NCBI GenBank assembly: GCA_977017575.1
Contig: CDRNVI010000083.1
Coordinates: 62,001 to 126,000 of the forward strand
DNA from: Paramoeba atlantica
Taxonomy: Eukaryota; Protista; Discosea
Length of the DNA: 64,000 nucleotides
Direction of reading: 5' to 3'
The notes under the pieces were generated by a model that was not told where the DNA came from, ran no database searches, and was given only the letters and a program-made list of their open reading frames with translations. The translations under genes and the position numbers were made by a program. Positions 9,345 to 19,748 of this stretch are shown piece by piece; within the stretch, counting starts at the first letter, position 1, and every line of letters starts with the position of its first letter.

Positions 9345-12203
9345 CTATTCATCCCGAAACAACTGAAGCGAGACCCGTTCCGTTTTCGGCATTGGCCCAC
9401 CTGCTCCCCGCACGCGCCACACCGTCCCGTGCGGAATCTCCATCCCCACACTATCCTGCGCGGCCTCGTTAAAGAAATACGCAAACAGGGCACGCAGCAC
9501 GGCCTGGTGCGCCACCACCAACACGGACTTCTTCGCAGATTCCAGCTCCATAATAATCGGTTCCAGCCGTGACACCAAGTCCTGGTAGCTCTCGCCGCCG
9601 GGGTAGCGAAACGTGTACTTGGCGGCACTGCGCCACTTAGCTATCGCGGGGTACGTCTCCCCCACCTCCCTGTATGTCATCCCCTCACAGATCCCGGCGT
9701 GGATCTCGTTGAGCTCACGGAACCGCAGACATGGGAAACCGTCCCGTTCCAACGGCTCGGCCGTTTGGATCGTGCGCTTTAGCCGGGAGGTCCATACTAC
9801 GAGCCCTTCTGTAGTGTAGCCCTGGCAGCGGATGTAGGAACGCAGCGCCCGGGCATCTCTCTCCCCCTCACACGTGACCTCCGGGTCACCACCAATACGA
9901 TTATCCAGGTTATACGACGTCTGTCCGTGCCGGCAGAACAAAATCTCATGACGGAGGCAGTTCACGACACGGAGGTTGAGCATCCACCCCGCGAGCCGTG
10001 CCGGCAGAAACCCAGACAGTCCACGAATCACAAACTCATCCTTCTCATCCTCGACACGAATAAACGAGCCACTCTCCAGCGGGTCATAATCCTCCCTACA
10101 CCGCCGCACGCGCTGCCCAAAATCCTCCAACGCCTCCGCCTCCGCCTCAAACACCGCCTTTGTATTCCCCTCCAAATCATTCCTCCACGTCTGGTGTCGG
10201 TACTCATACGTAAAAATCTCACTCGCGTGCGCATCCGAGGTCACAATCTCCAAATACACCACCTGGATCGGAAAAACCGAGGTCACCCCGGACCCCCCCC
10301 TCCTCTGCCCCTCCTCAAACCCCCTCACGGTGTCCTCCACGAACCCGCGGTGCTCCCTGGACGCCGCCTCCCCATCCAGCAGCGCCACCGCCCCCCCGCC
10401 CCCCCCCACGGCCCCCACGAGGAACTGCAGCACGTCGCGGAGGGCGGCCCCGAGCGCCGCTCTCCGCTCCCGTCGCCCCACCGCGTTGTCGCGGGCGAAG
10501 TAGGCCCCTTTGAGCCTCTCCCCGGGGTCGGTGCCGCGGGGGACGAGGCCGCGGAGGTACTGGTGGACCAGGAACACCTCCGCACGGATCCCGAGCCAGG
10601 TGATGTAGCGGCAGAGCTTGTGCGCGAGGTGGGTCTTGCCGCGGCCGGGGAGGCCGACCATGACGAGCAGCATGAGAGGGCGGAGGGGGTGGGGGGGACG
10701 GGGGGGGCGGCGGGGGGGAGGGGGAGGGGGGAGGGGAGGGGAGCCCTCCTTTGGACCCGGAGATAAGGCCCCAGGGTTAAGGCCCTTGGGGGTTGTGTCC
10801 CTAGGGTGAAGGTGGTGAGGAGGGGAGCTCTCCTTTGGACCTGGAGATAAGGCCCTAGGGTTAAGCCCCTTGGGGGTTGTGTCCCGAGGGTTAAGGTGGG
10901 GAGGAGGGGAGCTCTCCTTTGGACCCGGAGATAAGGCCCCAGGGTTAAGGCCCTTGGGGGTTGTGTCCCTAGAGTTGGGATACGTGGGGTTAAGGCCCTT
11001 GGGGGTTGTGTCCCTAGGGTTAAGGTGAGGAAGACAGGAGTCCTTGTGACCTAGATACGTAGGGTTAAGACCTTTGGGGGTTGTGTCCCTAGAGTTGGGA
11101 TACGTAGGGTTAAAGGCCTTGGGGGTTGGATCCTTAGGACGGGAGTTCTCCCTTGGGGTGAATGTTTTAGGGGTAAGTTCCGTAGGGACGAGATCGTTGG
11201 GGTTAAGGTCCTTGTGGGCTGTGTTTCTAGGGTTAAGATGGTTGGGACTGGAGTTCTCCTTTGGAGTAAAGTTTTTAAGGTTAAGTTCCTCAAGACCTAG
11301 ATCGTGAGGATTAAAGTCCTTGTGGGTTATGTCCCTAGGGTTTGGATACTTAGGGCTGAGGTCCTTAGGACTAAAGTTATCTTTAGGACTGGGGTTTTTA
11401 GGGTGAAGTTTCTCAAGGCCTAGATGGTTGGGGTTAAGGTCCTGTGCGTGGCCTATGCCCGTATGGTTTGTACACTTCGGGTTGAGGTCCTTAAGAGTGG
11501 AATGGGTAAGAGTGAGGTCCGTGTGGGTTAGGGGATTAGAGTCTTTACTACTGCGGGGAAGGAGAGGTCCAGGAGGGGAGAGGACACCGAAACTGTCGGT
11601 AGAGGGAAACAGGTGGGGGTAGGGGTAGGGGTGAGGAGAGGAGGTTACAGAGGAGGAGGATACGGAGGAGATAGAGAGTAGAGTGGTGTGGTTTGTGGTA
11701 GAGGTGTGAGCTGCTGTAGTGGTAGCGTGTGGTGCTGTGGTGGCAGTGGCGTGTGCTGCTGTGGTGGTGGTTGTGCTTGCGGCGAGGAAGGTGTCGGCAC
11801 GGTCACATCGTGAAGAAGGGGAGAGGGGAATGGAGTGAGAGGAGGGTGTAGGGGAGAGGATAGGGGAGGAGGCTTGCGGGGAGAGTGTATGGAGAGGAGG
11901 GGGTGGAGGTGATAGGGTACAGGTGTGGAGGTGCGGATAGAGTACAGGGGTGGGAGGGTTGGGTCCGGGGCCTGTGGTGGGTGTTGGCGGAGGGGTGAAG
12001 GGGGGAGAAAAGAGGGGGGTGTCGGAAGGGGTGACCGGGGGGTGGAGGGAAAGGGAATTGTCGGTGGAATGAGTGTGGAGGAGGGAAGGGGTGGAGTTTG
12101 TGGCAGAGGTTTCAGTTTCAAGCGGACCATCCACATCGGGGGACTCGACATCTTCAAAGTTGGGCCCCGACACGCAAGGCGTGACCGTGAAGCGCAGTGT
12201 CAT
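9345..12203 (-). CDS. PFK2: 6-phosphofructo-2-kinase/fructose-2,6-bisphosphatase with ~500-aa low-complexity N-terminal extension
   Basis: Walker A VGLPGRGKT; histidine-phosphatase motif FCRHGQTSYN; ELNEIHAGICEG; RYPGGESYQDL; VVAHQAVLR. Confidence 0.93.
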   Translation of the reverse strand: MTLRFTVTPCVSGPNFEDVESPDVDGPLETETSATNSTPSLLHTHSTDNSLSLHPPVTPSDTPLFSPPFTPPPTPTTGPGPNPPTPVLYPHLHTCTLSPPPPPLHTLSPQASSPILSPTPSSHSIPLSPSSRCDRADTFLAASTTTTTAAHATATTAPHATTTAAHTSTTNHTTLLSISSVSSSSVTSSPHPYPYPHLFPSTDSFGVLSPPGPLLPRSSKDSNPLTHTDLTLTHSTLKDLNPKCTNHTGIGHAQDLNPNHLGLEKLHPKNPSPKDNFSPKDLSPKYPNPRDITHKDFNPHDLGLEELNLKNFTPKENSSPNHLNPRNTAHKDLNPNDLVPTELTPKTFTPRENSRPKDPTPKAFNPTYPNSRDTTPKGLNPTYLGHKDSCLPHLNPRDTTPKGLNPTYPNSRDTTPKGLNPGALSPGPKESSPPPHLNPRDTTPKGLNPRALSPGPKESSPPHHLHPRDTTPKGLNPGALSPGPKEGSPPLPPPPPPRRPPRPPHPLRPLMLLVMVGLPGRGKTHLAHKLCRYITWLGIRAEVFLVHQYLRGLVPRGTDPGERLKGAYFARDNAVGRRERRAALGAALRDVLQFLVGAVGGGGGAVALLDGEAASREHRGFVEDTVRGFEEGQRRGGSGVTSVFPIQVVYLEIVTSDAHASEIFTYEYRHQTWRNDLEGNTKAVFEAEAEALEDFGQRVRRCREDYDPLESGSFIRVEDEKDEFVIRGLSGFLPARLAGWMLNLRVVNCLRHEILFCRHGQTSYNLDNRIGGDPEVTCEGERDARALRSYIRCQGYTTEGLVVWTSRLKRTIQTAEPLERDGFPCLRFRELNEIHAGICEGMTYREVGETYPAIAKWRSAAKYTFRYPGGESYQDLVSRLEPIIMELESAKKSVLVVAHQAVLRALFAYFFNEAAQDSVGMEIPHGTVWRVRGAGGPMPKTERVSLQLFRDE
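10740..11140 (-). repeat. Coding tandem repeat (LNPRDTTPKGLNP units) within the PFK2 extension
   Basis: Recurrent GGGTTAAGGCCCTTGGGGGTTGTGTCCCTAG on + strand; looser LNP-type units continue to ~11540. Confidence 0.85.
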
Positions 12204-12380
12204 GCGAACGTGGCGTGTGTGGAAAGTGACATTTTGAAAGGTGTGTAGGACGCTTGTGGATGTAATCTACTTTATAAGCGGTGTTGTGTTGAACTTTGGT
12301 AGGGTGAATGTGTAGTCGTATCAAACAAGAATAAAAATAGGCTTTTCATAAAAAATAAACGAGCCTTTTACATCCCCCCA

Positions 12381-13199
12381 TCAGCTGACATGACGCACCG
12401 CTATATTCGCGTTCTTGCCCGGCCCCCCTTCCCGGTTCTGCGCGGCGTAGTCAAAATCTTTATACGTCCTGCGCGTATCAAGGTTTTTGATTGTGTTTCG
12501 CTGTGCCTTTCGTATCACATCTACTCGCTGCCAAAAGTTTCGCTCTTCTCGTGCCATTGCCTGACGTTGCAACTCCACACACCGGCTCTCATCCTCCGCC
12601 GCGAGCATGACGGAGATCATGTGTTTGTTCAGCGACGATGCTGTGCCGCCAATCCCGGAAGTGCCCTCCGCGTGGGCGGCACGCATCCAGGAGGGAATAA
12701 CGGCAGAAAATGCTGGAGTGCTGCGAGGCCCGTGAAGACCAGCTGGCACCTCACTCACCGAACGCTGTGAGGATCTCGACCCTGTGGCCCCAAATAAAGA
12801 AGGCGGAGGACACTCATGTGTGCCCAGGATCGCCTCAAACGGGTGGGGACGGAGAGTAAGACAATCTGTCATGGAATCAGGTTGAGCCCCCGCTGGGGCC
12901 GTCCCGATGCGTGACTTCTCGGCGAGTTTGAGCTGGTGTATTTTTTGGACCGCATCCCAGACAGCCCCGCGTGCGGCCAGGCACAACCGGTCGGGGTTCC
13001 GCAGTCTTCCCTTCTCGTCGGTGTACAGTGCTGTGTCTTCTATTTCAAGGGACAGAACACGGCAGTAAGCATCACACAGCACCCGGACTCCGTCACAGCG
13101 CCCACGCATGCGTTGCAGCAACACACGCTTGCGTGCTGCCTCGAGCTGAAGGTAATGTTGGAACACCCGGGTGACGGACTGGGTAAAACGAAAAGACAT
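12381..13199 (-). CDS. Hypothetical protein (probable start MSFRFTQ at 13199); possible YbaB/EbfC-like segment
   Basis: 272-aa GC-rich frame preceded by a pyrimidine tract on the coding strand; GVRVLCD..RVLSLEIED..PDRL..AARGAVWDAVQK pattern. Confidence 0.6.
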   Translation of the reverse strand: MSFRFTQSVTRVFQHYLQLEAARKRVLLQRMRGRCDGVRVLCDAYCRVLSLEIEDTALYTDEKGRLRNPDRLCLAARGAVWDAVQKIHQLKLAEKSRIGTAPAGAQPDSMTDCLTLRPHPFEAILGTHECPPPSLFGATGSRSSQRSVSEVPAGLHGPRSTPAFSAVIPSWMRAAHAEGTSGIGGTASSLNKHMISVMLAAEDESRCVELQRQAMAREERNFWQRVDVIRKAQRNTIKNLDTRRTYKDFDYAAQNREGGPGKNANIAVRHVS

Positions 13200-13448
13200 G
13201 GGCGAGATTTTGAGGACAGAGAGAAGAAAGCAGAGAGCGGAAAAGAGAAAAAAGTAAAAAACGAAAGAAGTGTAAAGGTTGATATTCAGGAGTGTTATAC
13301 AGGGAATACATTTTAATAATGTGTAGTAAACGAAACAATAATTTATGATGTCATTTTCTAAAAAAAACAGCAATGATTAACGCCCCAAATGAATGCGTAG
13401 CCTTCAGAAAAGCTCCTGGATTTGATAATTTCACCATTCACTCAGAGA

Positions 13449-14252
13449 TTAAGCGCTGGGACAACGAATTCGTGTTCCTAGGCAAGAAATACCCTTCAAA
13501 GGAAGGGGAACTGCGTCAAAATTTCCGCAAAGATCAGCGTTGGCCTTCAGTTCCAAGCACTGCAAAGACAACGGCAGGGAAGAAAAATCGGATACTCCGT
13601 TGAACATGTTATCGCCTAAATAAAGCTCTTCAAGGTTTTTCGGCAAATTAGTTAAATTAAGACTGCCACAAAATGTATTGCAATGCAGACACAGCACTTC
13701 CATTTTGGGGGGAAGACGCGTCAAATCTATAGTACCTGAAAGTGAGTTCTCTCCAAGATACAAATGTGTCATAGTAATTGGCAACGCATGAAGTACAACG
13801 GAACCAACGAAACTATTATTGGGTGCATCAAAATGTTCAAGCTCTTTTGGAAAATTTTGCAAATCCAACGTACCGTCAAACTGATTATTAGCAATTCCAA
13901 GTTCTCGAAGACTAAAGGGTAACTCATGCATTGGAAGGCAACCTGTGAGATGGTTTACTTCAGCTCCCCATCCCACGTAGTTCCCCAGATACAGGTTCCG
14001 TAAGGTGTGAGGAAAGTCTCTCCAAGAAATAATTCCATCAAGTGACCTAAGAGCCCATTCAATCTCTATGACCTTTAAATTCTCGTCGCATACCACACCT
14101 AGCCACTCACACGCCAATGTTTCTGTGGTCCATGAGTGATCACAAAACGAAACATTTTGTAGTGCACGGCAAAGTTGATATTCCTGTGGCAGAGTGGCAC
14201 CTCGTACCCGAGCAGCTTTTCCTAAACTGTCAACAGTAATAGCAGGCAGCAT
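13449..14252 (-). CDS. LRR family protein (probable start 14252)
   Basis: ARVRGATLPQEYQL leader, CEWLGVVCD cap, about seven repeats. Confidence 0.85.
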   Translation of the reverse strand: MLPAITVDSLGKAARVRGATLPQEYQLCRALQNVSFCDHSWTTETLACEWLGVVCDENLKVIEIEWALRSLDGIISWRDFPHTLRNLYLGNYVGWGAEVNHLTGCLPMHELPFSLRELGIANNQFDGTLDLQNFPKELEHFDAPNNSFVGSVVLHALPITMTHLYLGENSLSGTIDLTRLPPKMEVLCLHCNTFCGSLNLTNLPKNLEELYLGDNMFNGVSDFSSLPLSLQCLELKANADLCGNFDAVPLPLKGISCLGTRIRCPSA

Positions 14253-14393
14253 ACAAGTAAACTTTGTAAAAAAATGTACGTGATGCTCCACAGCTGCTCA
14301 ACACAAAGTATCAATAGAAAAAATAGTGAACATTCCGGGATGACATACCCCCGGAATATGTATAGAGATGTTAACCCGGCCTCGGGGCACCTA

Positions 14394-14670
14394 CCGTATA
14401 CCCCCCAGTAAGAGAATGGGTTTTGGGTCAAAATGACCAAATCTCACTTACTGGGGGGGTATACTTTTTTGGCCAGTTTCATCTTTTCCTCCAACTTTTT
14501 AGGAAATCGCTCCATTTTTGCTTCTGAAAACGTGTTAAAACGCTTATTTGGGTTACCCCCGAGGCCCCCGACATGCGGACACTCACCCCTACCCCCTACA
14601 CGCTTCCTGCGGGGCTCCCGATCCAAATCTCTATTACTGGGGGTCAGCCCCAAAAGGGCCAAATCCATAG
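14394..14670. mobile_element. CCGTA-terminus MITE, right end missing
   Basis: TA|CCGTATACCCCCCAGTAAGAGAATGGG; colinear with 62079-62360. Confidence 0.75.
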
Positions 14671-14917
14671 CTTGGACTAGTAAACTAGTAATTACTAAAA
14701 GTAGTAAACAGGCTAGTAATTACTACTAGTAATTACTAAAGTTACTACTTTTTTGGTCACGTACTTTTGGTCAGATTTAGGTAACATGTTAAGCTTTGGA
14801 AGAGCTCTACTTTACAGAAACGGTATCTTTATCGTTGTGGAGACTGAATATCACCATCCTCCATTCATCTGAATATCTCAATACTATTCTCAACATTAAT
14901 ATCTCAATATTAATTTC

Positions 14918-15825
14918 TTTTTTAGGCTCTTCGTTAAACGCGGTGGTTGCTTTCAACTTAGAAGTCACTCATGCTGCGCGCTTCGCGTTGAAAACTACCG
15001 CCGCGTTTAACGAAGAGCCTAAAAAAGAAAATTTAGCCTGGAAAACGGAAAGATTATAGCCAAAAATAGCCGAATTTCGGGTACAAATGGGGTCATTTTC
15101 GCATATTTTTGCTCTCAGAGCACTAAATCCGACATTTGCGCGTGGGAAATCACTCGCAGGCATGAATGAAAGCCTACCGAACGTATTGGGTAGAGAATGC
15201 GACTCCAACCATACCATTCTTTCGACACAAAAATGCCCCTTTAGGTCCGAAAAATACTTTTTCACCTTTTTTAGTCAAAAATGGGTCATTTTGGGGGGCG
15301 CACCACAGTTCGAAGAAGTGATACCTTGCGAAAACAACTGCGTAGAAAGCTAGTGTAGGTCCCAAACTATCAAAATACAATAGGGGAAACGATTTTGGAA
15401 AAATATTTTTTTTGTCATTTTTTTCGCCAAGTTGAAATTTTTTTCAATTTTTTTTTCCGAAAATATCCGAACTTGGCGGACCCGTCCTGCGGATACGCGG
15501 GGGGGTCACCCCCGGGTAGGGGGGTGGAAAATGCGCGCCAAGACCCCGGCTACCCTTTCTGCGGTTTTGTTTCGAAAACTAATTTTTTCGAAAAAAATTG
15601 CTCGACCATGACCCCCCCCATGGACCCCTGGACCCCCACCCCATGGACCCCCCCTGGACCCCCCATTTTTTTCAAATTCTTTTTTCAGTTTTGGTCCACC
15701 GGAGTCCCCTTTTATTTTTTTTTCTTCTCTTATATTACTGTGTTCCTCTTTATATTTTCACTGTTTTTGTTCACTTTTTTTTCAATAATCGAGTGTAGAG
15801 CGGTAGTTTTACAACCACCGCAATT
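14918..15825 (-). repeat. Hairpin A plus left arm plus terminal repeat of the modular long-TIR element (reverse orientation)
   Basis: Reverse complement of 23328-24252; ends CAACCACCGCAATT; C-run array at ~15608-15665. Confidence 0.9.
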
Positions 15826-16271
15826 ATCCAATACATGAACCATGAAGGTCCATTGGTGGGGGGGTATATGAGTTTAAAACCAGCAATCAGATTAGCAATT
15901 TCACATGTTGTAGCCCAAAACTAGCAATTCAACCTGCCTTAAGTTATTTATGATTCTGATAACAATAATAACCCAGGCTAAAGTGGACGAGGGAGATACT
16001 AAAGGCACATTTGGCAAACTACCACAAAACTGGAACGGTATCACCCGGTTTGTTAAGCATTCTGATGTGACCCAAGAATCTAACGGGAGATACTGTTCCA
16101 GTTTTGTTCTCGCGCGACCCCCGCTAAATAGGGGGGGAAGGTGGTAGTTGTAGGTTATGGAGGCCTTCACGCAACTCCGGGGCCTTACCGGGAAAAGAAA
16201 AGAGACATTATGGTTCCAGTATTTATAGTCCGTAACTACTTTTTTGTAAAGCACTCTTTAAGTGATGAAAA

Positions 16272-16349
16272 AGTCATTAAGGGGTAAAAATGTCATTAAG
16301 GGGTAAAAATGTCATTAAGGGGTCAAATTGTCATTAAGGGGTAAAAATG
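16272..16349. repeat. 19-bp tandem repeat GTCATTAAGGGGTAAAAAT x4
   Basis: Read directly. Confidence 0.9.
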
Positions 16350-16495
16350 ACCGATTTAAGGTATAAGACAAGAAAGTGCAACATTCTCGACATAAAGAGA
16401 AGAATATTCTGCGGTGAATCCTATGGTGAATACAACTCTCACATAACACTATTAAATAGGGGGATAGCACTCGAAATGGTCCGCACGCTCAAAAC

Positions 16496-17245
16496 CTACT
16501 TGGAAATCTTAATTTGGGTATTTCCCCAATCTGCGCCATAGCACACGATCCAATCCTTCAATTCAAATGGCAATTTCCGCAAACAGACATCACTGCACAA
16601 CTCAGGATTGTTCCTTAACCTCAGCGCCCACAAATCTGGGGGAAGCGAGTGTAAATCTACGTTGCCTTCGAATTGATTGTCGTTGAGAATCAGCCGCTGC
16701 AGGGCAAGAGGGAGATTATGAAGTCGTAGTTTTCCCGAAAAAGTATTGTGTTGCAAATCCATTCTTTGTAGATTCGCAGGTAATTGGCTGAGGCATATGC
16801 CCCCTGAAAATTGATTCCACCCAAAATCTGCACTTTCCAGACTTGTGGGAAGAAGAGACAAATCCAGTGAACCTGTGTGAGTGTTGTGAGATAAATTTAT
16901 ACGTTCCAATTTAGAAGGCAACGTGTCTAGGTGAACGTCTCCGGTCAATTTATTCCCTTCCGCGTTGAAACTCAATACAGAGGTTGGCACATATTTAAAC
17001 TGTAGCTGACCGCATAGTTGAGCATGAGACCAGTAAATAGTAACTATTTCCTTCTGCTCGTCACACTCTACATCTCTCCATTCACAGGACGGCGAATCCA
17101 ACGACCAAGTGGGGTCAGGGTTTGTTATTTTTTCTATGACCTTCACAAGATTGTATTCCTGGGGTAGATTGACAGCACTAACCTTTGCGGGGCGTGTGCT
17201 CCCCTGCATATCCATGGAATTTAAATGTAAACACAAGCAAAACAA
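16496..17245 (-). CDS. LRR family protein (near-identical to 31423-32172)
   Basis: RPAKVSAVNLPQEYNL leader, CEWRDVECD cap, about six repeats. Confidence 0.88.
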   Translation of the reverse strand: MFCLCLHLNSMDMQGSTRPAKVSAVNLPQEYNLVKVIEKITNPDPTWSLDSPSCEWRDVECDEQKEIVTIYWSHAQLCGQLQFKYVPTSVLSFNAEGNKLTGDVHLDTLPSKLERINLSHNTHTGSLDLSLLPTSLESADFGWNQFSGGICLSQLPANLQRMDLQHNTFSGKLRLHNLPLALQRLILNDNQFEGNVDLHSLPPDLWALRLRNNPELCSDVCLRKLPFELKDWIVCYGADWGNTQIKISK

Positions 17246-17372
17246 TTTCCCAATATTTTTTATGACGTTACGAAGTTTAATCGTGGAAGAGATGTTTCAA
17301 TAACACGACAGAAAAGAAAGAGAGGAGCAAGACTGTATGCTAACAATAGATTATGGGCCTACCAAGGTAATA

Positions 17373-18301
17373 TAAACCCCCCACAGCGAAAAGTCACCCC
17401 CCTCTAACCTTTCAGCCAAGTGTCCGTTTGAGCTCATTTTTGTTGCATTTTGCTGTTCCCAACACAAAGACTTTGCGCGTTGTAGCATGGAACCAAGGCT
17501 CTCAAATGCGTGCATCCGATAGATGGATTATCACTTTCTTCACATTTTTCAAGAGACCAATTTCTCACACTTTAATAAAATAAATCTTCTCCTCCCATGA
17601 GAAATTCAATTATTTTTGTCCGTTTTTGCTGATTTTTGTTGCGAACGAGAGATCTCGTTCTCCTAGCAAAAATCTTTGCCGCTATTTTTTAATATTGACC
17701 CACTTGTGCCCCCTGGCCGCGGAGTGTTTGTTTTCTTAAATTAATGTGGTATGACGATGCAAAAAAATAGAACCTAAAAACAATATTCTTTTTCAGTTTT
17801 TAAAATGATCTAAAAATGGTGGGAACGTGTAGATCTCAGAATTTTGAACGAGAAAATGATATCTTAACCCCCTTAGGCCCCTTCAAACAAAAAGTAAAGG
17901 AGACAGCTTAAAAAAGTTGATTTATCACCGTTTCAAGAAAGAACCAATCAAAGACAAATATTCCACCACGTGACAAATTGAATGTTTGTTATCTGTTTTT
18001 GATCATTTTTGTTGCAATCGAGAGATCTCGTTCCCCTAGCGAAGATCTGTGACACCATTTTCATGTTGACCCCCTTCTCCACCCCTGGTCGAGGAACATG
18101 AGATTTTTCGGGTAATATTGGCATGACTATGTAAAAACGTCATTAAAAAAATGAGTTTTAATTTGTTATCTGTGAAGAGGTCTAAAAACGGCGGGGACGT
18201 GCAGATCTCAAAATTTTGAACGAAAAAGTGGTGCCGCAACCCCCCTAAGCCTCGTTGTACAAAAAAAAGAGGGGGGTGACTTATTCGCTGTGGGGAATTT
18301 A
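17373..18301. mobile_element. TA-flanked MITE with ~33-bp TIRs and an internal duplicated module
   Basis: TA|TAAACCCCCCACAGCGAAAAGTCACCCCCCTCT vs AGAGGGGGGTGACTTATTCGCTGTGGGGAATTTA|TA; ~17640-17880 is repeated at ~18010-18250. Confidence 0.8.
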
Positions 18302-18587
18302 TAATACAAGGAAAAAAACAAGGACATTTCCCATATTATATGGTGCGATATCTTTTTTTATTATGACAAAAATATTTGCGCTTGGAAAAAGTTTTCCCCG
18401 AATACAAAGAGAATATAAATTTATACAAAGAGCACATACAAAAAGTTCACCAAATAGTATTAAAGGTTCGAAATATAGGGAGTATGTGTCCAAAGAAGTT
18501 CGAATTCAAGCAAGTTCGAATTCAAGTTCGAATTAAAAGCACACAAATTACGGTTTAAAAACAAAAGACCATATCGAAAAGTGATAA

Positions 18588-19433
18588 CTAATCAATAAAT
18601 TTAAGCTTGGTACCAAAAGAAGTATACATCAGGTGCTTTAAATTCCTTGGAAGATTTGATTTCTGAATCTCACCACGAAGTTCTTTATTATTGGATAAAG
18701 TGAACACACCCAAATTATTTGGAGGTCGTCTTAAATCAATAGAAGAAAAGTTGTTATGGTCAAGAAGAAGTTCTTCCATATTAGGTGGAAGATCATTCAA
18801 GAATAGTGGCCCTGAAAATTGATTTCTATCTAAATTCAGTCTCGTCATTCCCTGCGGGAGGGAACGTAAATCAACGTGACCCGTTAAAGCGTTTCCTCCA
18901 AGGCAAAGAAAATCCATTTGTGTCGGGAGCTTGTTCATACAAATTTCACCAGAAAAACGATTCTCGTCCAGATAGAGGTGTTCCAAACTCTCCGGAAGAG
19001 ACGTCAAATCGATTGAACCAGTAAAACAGTTCTTACTAAGGGCAAAAACCTGCGTGTTTGGTGGCAGATCTACCAGACACACTTCCCCGGTTAATTGATT
19101 TTCTCTAAAGTCCGCAGCCTCTAGGGTTCGAGGAAGACACTCAAAGTTCATTGTGCCTTTAAGACTTTGACTTGGTAGCAATCTGAGAGCATTAAATGAC
19201 CAAGCGATGGAATCTATCTCACCCCTGTTGTTGCACTTGAGGCCGTCCCACTTACATACTTCAACATCTATTCTCCAGTTGAGGCATGAGTCAAATGTAA
19301 CGTTTTCGATAAGCCGAGACATGTCATGCACTTGAGGAAGAACAGCCCCACGAACCCTCGCAGGATGCAGTGCATCAACTTTGGCTAACGGATCCTTTGC
19401 ACATGTTAAACGTACACGTAAAGAGACAAACAT
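18588..19433 (-). CDS. LRR family protein
   Basis: PARVRGAVLPQVHDM leader, CKWDGLKCN cap, about seven repeats. Confidence 0.88.
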   Translation of the reverse strand: MFVSLRVRLTCAKDPLAKVDALHPARVRGAVLPQVHDMSRLIENVTFDSCLNWRIDVEVCKWDGLKCNNRGEIDSIAWSFNALRLLPSQSLKGTMNFECLPRTLEAADFRENQLTGEVCLVDLPPNTQVFALSKNCFTGSIDLTSLPESLEHLYLDENRFSGEICMNKLPTQMDFLCLGGNALTGHVDLRSLPQGMTRLNLDRNQFSGPLFLNDLPPNMEELLLDHNNFSSIDLRRPPNNLGVFTLSNNKELRGEIQKSNLPRNLKHLMYTSFGTKLKFID

Positions 19434-19748
19434 AGAAATATAGGATGAAAAAGTTACTAAGGACGTGGACGAAGATTTTACTATTGCTAAAGTGACCTAA
19501 TAAACTATTCCCTCAATTAGTCAATTTAATGTTGAGAAACGCTAAATAGTTCAACGTTGAATTCGCTAGCTTTGAATTTTGGCTTCGGTGGGCAATGTTG
19601 TGGCTAGGCGGCACCGATGTTTTTTTACCCCCTATTGAGTGTTAAAATTTGAATTTTCCGAATTTCGTTCAGCACTACTTTAGGTCCGGAAAACGGAAAA
19701 TAGGGCTCCAAAGTGGATGAAAGGACCTCGTCATTCATATCTCTAAAG

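Noticed and set aside
10760-11540. Interstitial telomeric repeat (many GGGTTA)
   Set aside because: Occurrences are isolated, in frame as Leu-Asn-Pro codons, and never form (TTAGGG)n runs
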